IMG/VR virus record: IMGVR_UViG_3300044262_000032
Location: 1 to 64,000 of that record
Strand: one strand, 5' to 3'
Origin: a virus
Lineage: Duplodnaviria; Caudoviricetes
DNA length: 64,000 nt
Shown: one piece after another, positions 54,007 to 61,694 of the stretch
Layout of the letters: each line of letters starts with the position of its first letter
How positions within the stretch are numbered: the first letter of the stretch is position 1
Position numbers and translations under genes: made by a program
Notes under the pieces: model-generated
What the model saw: the letters and a program-made list of their open reading frames with translations, nothing else
Database searches by the model: none
What the model was told of the DNA's origin: nothing

Positions 54007-56490
54007 GTGAGCAAGAAGTGGTGCACTAAGACGGAATGCCCCTACTTCGACAGAGTAGAGGTTCCGTATGGCGGTGATGTCAAATCTGACATCCTAGTTG
54101 TCGGAGAGTCACCTGGTCGTGAAGAACTGCTTAGACAGCAGCCGTTTATTGGAATGTCTGGGCAGGTATTAAACGCCGTTCTGCAGAGCATTGGCTACTC
54201 TCGTAGTTCCGTCTGTATAGCCAATTCCTGCCGCTGTATGATTAACAAGGACGAAGACTCTGTGGCGATGGTCAATGCCGCGCTAAAGAACTGTCGTCCA
54301 AAGCTTGTCAAGATCATTCAGCAGGTACAACCTAAGGTGATCGTCGCCCTAGGAGCTTTTGCTCTGCGTCAATTAACTGGCAAGCAGAAGATCATGGAGA
54401 ATCGCGGACAATTCTTCTACAGTGAAGAATTCAAATGTCAGATCTTCTGTACCGTTCATCCCGCGTATGTTCTACGTGGTGCGTCACGAGAGTTCTGGAA
54501 TAAAGCTGCTGCTCGACGTACCATGAAAGAGAATCTGCTATTCATCGACTTCGAACAGGTGAAGAAGTATATTGAAGAACAGAAAGTAGACCAAATCAAC
54601 ACCGATGCATACAGGGAAGGTACTGTAGAAGATCTCCATTCCTTGCTTGCTACCCCTCGGAAGGTAGCTGTTGACTTTGAAACGACGGGACTGGATCTAT
54701 TCAATCCGAATGTAAAGTGTCTCAGCGTTAGCTTCTGTGCTGATGAAGGCCGACCAATCGTATTCTTCGCTGATGAAAATGGGCAATTTATCCCTGAAGT
54801 TAGACAGGTGTTAGAAGATAGTCGTATCACGAAGCTAGTTGCCGCTAGACCCTTTGAAGAACGCATCTGTGTACAGAAGCTGGGCTTTGAGATGAAGGGT
54901 CTTATTCACGATGTTCTTGTCATGGCTCATCTTCTAGATGAAAACTATCACTCCTATAGTCTAGAAGCTGTTGCAGACATATATACTCCGTTAAAAGGTA
55001 TCAAGGCTCTTGCTAAAGGTGCACGAGCGGATCTAACACAGCTTCCGAAGGAGCAGCTTCTCAAGTACAACGCCGTTGACACGGACGCCACACTTCGTGC
55101 GTTCAATACCATGGCTGCGATGCTGAAGAAGGACGAGAAGCTAGCCAAGTATTATGTCTACTTCATGCAGCGTATTCAGGACATGTTCTCCGACATCTAC
55201 TACAACGGCTGTACAATCAATACGACTCAGCTAAGCGCCGACGAGAAGGCAATGACAGACATCATTGCTGGGCTGCATGATGAGTGTATTGCGATGCTTC
55301 CAGCCTCGATTCGTGAGAAGCATGAAGGAAAACTCAAGTTATCTAGACCTGCGCTCGTACAGGACTATCTCTTTCTGCATCCCGATGGTCTACGACTGAG
55401 ACCAGATCCAAACTATATTACGCCAAAGACCAAGAAGCCTCAGTGTTCAGAAGATCACTTGAAGTTATTTCCTAACAATAAGTTTATTGACAAGCTTCTT
55501 CGTCTCAAGAAGGCTGAGAAGATTCTTAGCACCTATACGACTCAGATCTGGCAGACGATCAAACCGGACGGGCGAGTTTATCCTAGCACTCTCTTTACTC
55601 AGACAGTCACCGGTAGAACTGTCATTAAAGAGCCGACAATCCAGACTATTCCTCAGCGTGGGGAGTTTGCTGCCTTTGTTAAGAGAGCTTTTGTCGCGGA
55701 TGAAGGTTGGGTCTTTGGGGCTCGTGACCTTGGACAGTCTGAAATTCGTATCATGGGTTGGCAAGCGCAGGATCCCAACATTCTTCAAGCTCTACGCGAT
55801 GGAATTGATATTCACACAAAGACTGCTTCGATTGTGAATGATATTCCGGTAGATAGAGTTGTAAAGGACATGCGTCAGAAAGCTAAGGGTATCAACTTCG
55901 GATTCATTTACGGAATGGGCGCATGGAAGTTTAGATTCTATGCGAAGAATGAATACGGAGTTGACTATACTGAGGCTCAGGCTGAGGCTGCACGCGAAGC
56001 GTTCTTCTCGTATCCAAAGGGCTACTTTAAACTTCCTGAGTACTATAGGAAGCAAGAGCAGTTCGTAGCAATGAACGGTTACGTCAGGTCAGTTCTCGGA
56101 CGCTATCGTAGACTAGCTACAGCTCAGAGTCGGGACGAGAAAGAACGTCGGGAAGCGTTCAGACAAGCCATTAACTTCCCTATTCAGAGCTTTAGCTCCG
56201 ATCTAGGTCTTATTGGCATGTGGCTATTCTGGAAAGAGTTGAAGAAGTATCCAGCACTCGCAGCCAATGTAAAGATCATGTGGTTTATTCATGACGCTAT
56301 CTACTTCCAAGCTCGTGAGCAGTATTTCGGACAGGCTATGAGGCTCCTCAAGCATTGTATGGAGGTACTCAGTAAAGAGTACGTCGAGAAGCAGTTCGGT
56401 GTTAAAATAGGGTATCCCATTACCAGCGATGGCAAAATCGGAGCAAGCTGGGCAACAATGAAAGATTGGTTAGAGGAGGAAGCTGCATGA
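54007..56490 (+). CDS. polA: family A DNA polymerase with N-terminal UDG-family-4-like domain and 3'-5' exonuclease (SPO1-like architecture)
   Basis: VVGESPG..E...PFIG.SG..L, HPAYVLR (UDG-like); DFETTG (exonuclease); TGR, RDLGQSEIR, RQKAKGINFGFIYG, IHDA. Confidence 0.95.
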   Translation: MSKKWCTKTECPYFDRVEVPYGGDVKSDILVVGESPGREELLRQQPFIGMSGQVLNAVLQSIGYSRSSVCIANSCRCMINKDEDSVAMVNAALKNCRPKLVKIIQQVQPKVIVALGAFALRQLTGKQKIMENRGQFFYSEEFKCQIFCTVHPAYVLRGASREFWNKAAARRTMKENLLFIDFEQVKKYIEEQKVDQINTDAYREGTVEDLHSLLATPRKVAVDFETTGLDLFNPNVKCLSVSFCADEGRPIVFFADENGQFIPEVRQVLEDSRITKLVAARPFEERICVQKLGFEMKGLIHDVLVMAHLLDENYHSYSLEAVADIYTPLKGIKALAKGARADLTQLPKEQLLKYNAVDTDATLRAFNTMAAMLKKDEKLAKYYVYFMQRIQDMFSDIYYNGCTINTTQLSADEKAMTDIIAGLHDECIAMLPASIREKHEGKLKLSRPALVQDYLFLHPDGLRLRPDPNYITPKTKKPQCSEDHLKLFPNNKFIDKLLRLKKAEKILSTYTTQIWQTIKPDGRVYPSTLFTQTVTGRTVIKEPTIQTIPQRGEFAAFVKRAFVADEGWVFGARDLGQSEIRIMGWQAQDPNILQALRDGIDIHTKTASIVNDIPVDRVVKDMRQKAKGINFGFIYGMGAWKFRFYAKNEYGVDYTEAQAEAAREAFFSYPKGYFKLPEYYRKQEQFVAMNGYVRSVLGRYRRLATAQSRDEKERREAFRQAINFPIQSFSSDLGLIGMWLFWKELKKYPALAANVKIMWFIHDAIYFQAREQYFGQAMRLLKHCMEVLSKEYVEKQFGVKIGYPITSDGKIGASWATMKDWLEEEAA

Positions 56491-56924
56491 ACAAGCCGTT
56501 TACCGACCAGGAACTAGAAATCATCAATCGTGCAAATGAAGCTGATCTAGGGCCTATGGTCGAACATCTTACACCGCTAGAACTACTTCGTCTGAAAAGC
56601 GGGGAAGGTATTTCGCTAAAGATGATTGTTAAAGGGCGAGGCCTTCTAGCAGCAGCTAAGATCAAATCTGGTGGCAGTGCTATCGAATATGTTACTAGAG
56701 ATGAACTAAATGCAATCATGGAGGAGCACAACAATCTCGCTGTGAAGACGATGCTTATCTTCATGGCTTTAGAGCAGCGCGGCATTATCTCCGATAAAGA
56801 CCTCTACGATGTCGCTGCTAAATTAAAAGATGGCCCAGATGGAGGGCAGACCGATGTCGGAAAAGATGATTCTAAAACTCGTACCAGAAAGCGAGGCCCA
56901 AGAGCAGCGAAAGCGAAGAAGTAG
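56487..56924 (+). CDS. hypothetical protein
   Basis: GAGGAGG SD; ATGA overlap. Confidence 0.6.
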   Translation: MNKPFTDQELEIINRANEADLGPMVEHLTPLELLRLKSGEGISLKMIVKGRGLLAAAKIKSGGSAIEYVTRDELNAIMEEHNNLAVKTMLIFMALEQRGIISDKDLYDVAAKLKDGPDGGQTDVGKDDSKTRTRKRGPRAAKAKK

Positions 56925-57303
56925 ACTGCCGGTTGTTATTATTGGGCTTGTATTGCTGAGTCTGATGATTGGGGTAGGGCTGGGAAAATCACTCTGGCCC
57001 GTTATGCCTGATGATCTGACACCTACAGAAGCAGCTCGTATTCTGCAGATGTCTAAAGGCTATGCTGGCTACACACTAGTTAAAGAAGATGGCGGCAATG
57101 GGCAGGTCGGACATGCCATCTTCTGCCCAACCTGCGCTACGGAGATAGCCATGGTAAATGTGAGCTTCTTACCACCAGCCCCACCTGAACCTGGATCTAG
57201 GATGGCTATCCTGATGAATTTAGCTAAATATGCAACGGCACCTGCGGTAGCTAAAACAAAGAAGCCGGCCACAGCGCCGGCTCCAGTTGTTACAGTTCAA
57301 TAG
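56854..57303 (+). CDS. membrane-anchored hypothetical protein
   Basis: GGAGG SD; one TM segment. Confidence 0.55.
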   Translation: MSEKMILKLVPESEAQEQRKRRSRLPVVIIGLVLLSLMIGVGLGKSLWPVMPDDLTPTEAARILQMSKGYAGYTLVKEDGGNGQVGHAIFCPTCATEIAMVNVSFLPPAPPEPGSRMAILMNLAKYATAPAVAKTKKPATAPAPVVTVQ

Positions 57304-57304
57304 C

Positions 57305-57322
57305 TTTTCAAGCGCTTGTAAA
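57305..57322. repeat. dispersed palindrome, copy 8
   Basis: TTTTCAAG-CG-CTTGTAAA fills almost the whole gap between two convergent stop codons. Confidence 0.8.
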
Positions 57323-57550
57323 TTACCCGGAGTATTTGGCATTCGACCCAGGTAGTTCACTGATAGTAATTGACGTGGCTGCCTGGGTCGGTAGGCTAGT
57401 TACATCACTCGTAAAAAGTCTACTCCCAGCTTTATGAAGTAGAGTCATCTTAGTTGTATCAGTAGTTGATCGCTTCATATAGAGACGAGTGACTGGCTGA
57501 TTTGCTGAACGCGCACCAGTAGCCTTTTTGATCGCTTCAGTCAGGCTCAT
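57323..57550 (-). CDS. hypothetical virion-associated protein
   Basis: last gene of the minus-strand block; coupled to the upstream ORF. Confidence 0.5.
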   Translation of the reverse strand: MSLTEAIKKATGARSANQPVTRLYMKRSTTDTTKMTLLHKAGSRLFTSDVTSLPTQAATSITISELPGSNAKYSG

Positions 57551-57867
57551 TACTTCATCTCCCTATACTGCTCAAGTGTTATATTCTCAGTTGCCCCATC
57601 TTTTGATAGCGAAATTGATCTAGAGATAACTGCATGTACCCCAAATATCCCTAGTCTACCATAGGTTAAATCAGTAGTCTCAGTTCCGCATAGCTGTTCC
57701 GTTGGGTCATGCGGAACGGTTACAGCCTTCTCAAAGACAATATAATTACTGGCCGCTAGCTCTTGCTCACCTCTACGTAGAGCCGCAGTTGTCGTACTAA
57801 TCAAACTGTCTTCAAGCGTCGGAGCAATGCGTGTTGCAGTTCCATATCGTAAGACTATTCTAATCAT
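57550..57867 (-). CDS. hypothetical tail-associated protein
   Basis: GGAG SD; TAATG-type coupling. Confidence 0.55.
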   Translation of the reverse strand: MIRIVLRYGTATRIAPTLEDSLISTTTAALRRGEQELAASNYIVFEKAVTVPHDPTEQLCGTETTDLTYGRLGIFGVHAVISRSISLSKDGATENITLEQYREMK

Positions 57868-57998
57868 TATCGATTCTCCATTGTCTTCGGAGCATAGCCT
57901 TTATACTGAATTTTAATGCTGAACAGCAGTTTATCAAGAACCCAGCGCCGCGAACTATACTCCTTAACAGTATAGTTATCGTTGGAGGTATCTGAGTC

Positions 57999-60900
57999 TT
58001 AGACCCCAGTCCCACCCGCAACTCCAGCGCGGTTGTCCTTAAAGTTTGGATGTGTAATGCCGATCTGATAATCACCAGGAGGCACCGCGGTAAACTTAGC
58101 AGTTCCATTTTGATCGGTAATCGCCGTCTGCCCACCTAGTGAAACGGTTGCTCCAACTACAGGCTGGGTTTCATCTAGTTTGTCTACCACATGCACAAGC
58201 TGATCCCGAGCTACGTTAGGCCCATAAAGCCACGGCATATACAGATCTAGATCATTATAGGCATATTTACCTGCAGTGTCTGTTCCAACAAGACAGACAG
58301 CTCCTACGACGACTACATCAGTAATAATCCACCCGGTATCGTAGTAGTTCTGGTAATTAAGATGAATTAAGGCATCTGGTCCCATTCGTTCGGGATCCTG
58401 ATCTATGCACCCAAACTGATCCGCGTCCTCACCGGCTCCCAGACTTCTAAGAATTACATTTGCTGGCAGCTGTACTTCTTTAGTTGCTGGATCGATAGTC
58501 CCTGTGATTACAATCTCAGGGAGGTCTTCGATCTTAGGGACAGCTTCTGCCTCAGCTTTTACTGATATATCAACCGTCTTCGTAATCTCTCCCCAAGTGA
58601 CATTGATCTTACCCGTTCCAATAGGGCCAGTGGCTTGCGTCTCATAGATAGACTCACAAACCCCGTTGCTATCAGCATTAGCAAAAGGCTCCTGCATAGC
58701 TCCTGGTCCAGATGCAGCGACGAACAAGACTTTACCGCCGCTAACGGGACGTCCATCGAGTTTAATCTCAGCTTTTACTACCGACATCTCGCCGCGATTA
58801 ATATCTGTTGGCTCTGCTGAGACAGTTAGATCTGGTCCAGTAGTTGGGTCACCCGGATCGGTGGGTGGGGGATCGGTGGGATCTGGTGTACCAACTGTTA
58901 CGGTAGCCGTACGCATGTTCTTCTCAACAACCATATTCAAATGAGCAACGTAGTCCCCGCCACCAGCATTATAAGTACCCTTCCATAGCCCCGTTGGAAC
59001 ATAAGTTACTTCGCATGTGCCACTAGCGACAGGAAATCCGTCACCTTTTAGAGTAATTGTATCCCCTTCGACACTCTCAATATCATAGGATACGCTCAAA
59101 AACTTGACAGAAGTAACCGAGGATGGGATATAGCTTGTAGAGGTTGTCTTTCTATCTGATATCGAACAAGACTCATCCGTAATTGTATTAGTGTTATATG
59201 ACATATTTAGCGAGCCCTTTTGGGGAACGACGCTAAAAGCCACACCATCCCGAACGGCCACTCCATTCTTATATGCAGTAGCTGTGACAGACGTAGACGC
59301 ATTGCTGGCAATACTGCTATTTTCAGCACTAATAGATAGATCTAGTGACGAATCCCCCCCGGCTGCGTCTGCACTGATATCAATCTTACAAAGAGTATTG
59401 GCTCGCGAGTCGATGCGACCACCTACATAAACAACATCTTTATCCTGATCCCCATTAGCTGTATAGAATACCTTCGCTGATCCTCCCCAATCATATGTAA
59501 TTGATAGCGGGCATGTTGAAAGTGGGAAAGTCTGATCAACGAGAGTTACTGAAGTACCTGATATTGTTGCCTGCCCATTCCAGGTGAAGCCGCCGCCGAT
59601 AACTGAGATACCAGTAATCTTAACAATTGGGTTACTGACAGAGAACTCGGTCGTGCTGCTAGATTCAACTTCTTCGACCAATCCTGTTTGACGAGTTAGA
59701 TCCGCAGAAGCCGGTGTGATACTGCCCTTACCCTTCTGAATAAAGAAATGGACAGTTACTGGGTTGTCCACATCACCGTATAGCGCTCCACCATTACTAT
59801 CAGAGGCAGTAAACGTCAATAGACTCTTTTCCCCAGGTGCAATTGTCGAAGGCTCAGCAGTCATATTGATTGACGCGCCAACAAATGATCCACAGATTAC
59901 GCTGATGGGCCACATAACAGATGAGCCTTTGTAGGCCGCGTTCATATACGCAACGCCCTCTTCCCCAGCGTCTGGGCGGTAGTAAAACTTTACCGTGGTC
60001 GTCTGCCCAGTTGCACTAGGAATAGGCACCTGGCTTGTCGTATTTTCAATCGTAGCCAGTTCGTCTACAAAGATAAGACCAGATACATCTGTTTCCGTTC
60101 TATTCTCATCATCCCCAGGTCGCTCCCACCAACGATCCGAAACCTGAAGACCGTCTTCGACATCTAGCGTAGTGTAGCCATCATATTCGATATAAACTTC
60201 TGGACGGTATAGACCTTTCCACCCAGCTGGGGCATCTGGAGAAGTCCAGTCGTCGGAGATATGAACTTCATTGTTTCTAAACGTTAGAGCAGTGAGCGGG
60301 ATTGGCTTAGTCTTCGTCTCATCTTCCCACGCAGCATTAATAGTAGTAATCCAATACTCGGTTGAGAAATCCTGCGGCCCACTAACAGAGCACGATTCAA
60401 ACGCATTCTTCTGGATAAGAAAAGGATTTTCACTATTAGGATCATAAACTGTAACTGTAAGAATAGCCACATCCACGCCATTTGATGAGATAGTTAGGGG
60501 ACCAGAGATCGTAATAGTTGGGAATACCGGGCGAGTAACCCAGTTATACCCACCTGGGCCATCGGCAGCTGTAACCTCAACTGTACATGCAGCGGGGATT
60601 GCCCCAGTGTATGTTGCTTGAATAATACAGGTAGTAGTTTCAGCTGGAGCGGTAAAGACAGCCTCAGCGATACCCGTTGCTGTATATGAACAAGTGACAT
60701 CACCAGTCACAAACGGAAACTCCCCGTCAATTATTACAGTAGTTCCCTCAACTGCAATAGCGCGATAGGACACCTGTCTAGAAAGAATTGAATCTACGTG
60801 CTGATATGATTTCGGTCGGTAGGGCAGAGAGAAGGTTGAGCGGCCCGTAATCGAGCCAGCTGCATTAATAAACCCTTTATCCCCTACTATGGCACTTGGG

Positions 60901-61694
60901 TCTACTGTGCCAGCTGAGGTTTCCAAGAAAATCGTGGATCCATTTGATATTGTTTCATCTACTTCAACAATAACTCCAGTTGACCCCTCGTATGGGAGAC
61001 TTGACTCTTCTACACTAACAGAGATAGAGCTGGTGCCGGCGTTAGTTCCAGTTTCCGAAATTGAGATTGTGATAGTTGCAGGAGCCGCATCACTCCATCT
61101 TCCAATTATAAAATTGGTACTATTGTATTCGATAGTTGATGCATCGTATGTGCATGTGCCAATGCCAGCAGCAACATAATCCACTAGGCAATCACCAGTT
61201 GTTACCCCAAATGAGCCATCAATAATGATTGTAGACCCGTCGACAATTTCTTGAACCGTATAGTGATTACCCATAAACTCTATATCCGACACGCTGGATA
61301 TTGGATATTTGGTTGACAGCGAATCGAATCCACTTATTGAACAAATCTCATTAGTTATACTCGTAGTTCCCAATGTCACAAGTTCCGGCAGCAGATCACC
61401 GACCCCATAAACAACTGAGAGTGAGACTGAGCCAGTTCCGCCAGTCCCATCTTCTTCCCGACCGACCACCGTAATTGTCGTAGATCCGAGCCAGGGGATA
61501 TCACTATCTGCTGGCTCAAGAGACAATTGACGATTACTGTATTGTATTGGGGCACCACCAGGGCCTTCCGGCTCACTGAAGCTAGCAGGACGCTCATCGC
61601 CTGTACCAAGAACTTCTAGAACGTTGTACCCATCTGGGTAGTTAACGTTCTCAGTTAGCGATGTAATCTCTAGAAACTTGTTCAAGTTAGCCAT
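57999..61694 (-). CDS. large Ig-like-repeat virion/tail protein
   Basis: 1231 aa T/S/G/V-rich beta repeats (..TVSAEP..I..G..S.V.A), C-terminal GQTAITDQNGTAKF..VPPGDY. Confidence 0.75.
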   Translation of the reverse strand: MANLNKFLEITSLTENVNYPDGYNVLEVLGTGDERPASFSEPEGPGGAPIQYSNRQLSLEPADSDIPWLGSTTITVVGREEDGTGGTGSVSLSVVYGVGDLLPELVTLGTTSITNEICSISGFDSLSTKYPISSVSDIEFMGNHYTVQEIVDGSTIIIDGSFGVTTGDCLVDYVAAGIGTCTYDASTIEYNSTNFIIGRWSDAAPATITISISETGTNAGTSSISVSVEESSLPYEGSTGVIVEVDETISNGSTIFLETSAGTVDPSAIVGDKGFINAAGSITGRSTFSLPYRPKSYQHVDSILSRQVSYRAIAVEGTTVIIDGEFPFVTGDVTCSYTATGIAEAVFTAPAETTTCIIQATYTGAIPAACTVEVTAADGPGGYNWVTRPVFPTITISGPLTISSNGVDVAILTVTVYDPNSENPFLIQKNAFESCSVSGPQDFSTEYWITTINAAWEDETKTKPIPLTALTFRNNEVHISDDWTSPDAPAGWKGLYRPEVYIEYDGYTTLDVEDGLQVSDRWWERPGDDENRTETDVSGLIFVDELATIENTTSQVPIPSATGQTTTVKFYYRPDAGEEGVAYMNAAYKGSSVMWPISVICGSFVGASINMTAEPSTIAPGEKSLLTFTASDSNGGALYGDVDNPVTVHFFIQKGKGSITPASADLTRQTGLVEEVESSSTTEFSVSNPIVKITGISVIGGGFTWNGQATISGTSVTLVDQTFPLSTCPLSITYDWGGSAKVFYTANGDQDKDVVYVGGRIDSRANTLCKIDISADAAGGDSSLDLSISAENSSIASNASTSVTATAYKNGVAVRDGVAFSVVPQKGSLNMSYNTNTITDESCSISDRKTTSTSYIPSSVTSVKFLSVSYDIESVEGDTITLKGDGFPVASGTCEVTYVPTGLWKGTYNAGGGDYVAHLNMVVEKNMRTATVTVGTPDPTDPPPTDPGDPTTGPDLTVSAEPTDINRGEMSVVKAEIKLDGRPVSGGKVLFVAASGPGAMQEPFANADSNGVCESIYETQATGPIGTGKINVTWGEITKTVDISVKAEAEAVPKIEDLPEIVITGTIDPATKEVQLPANVILRSLGAGEDADQFGCIDQDPERMGPDALIHLNYQNYYDTGWIITDVVVVGAVCLVGTDTAGKYAYNDLDLYMPWLYGPNVARDQLVHVVDKLDETQPVVGATVSLGGQTAITDQNGTAKFTAVPPGDYQIGITHPNFKDNRAGVAGGTGV

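Noticed and set aside
54007-56490. Intron or intein in the polymerase
   Set aside because: Continuous 827-aa frame with expected motif spacing; no intein or homing-endonuclease signature
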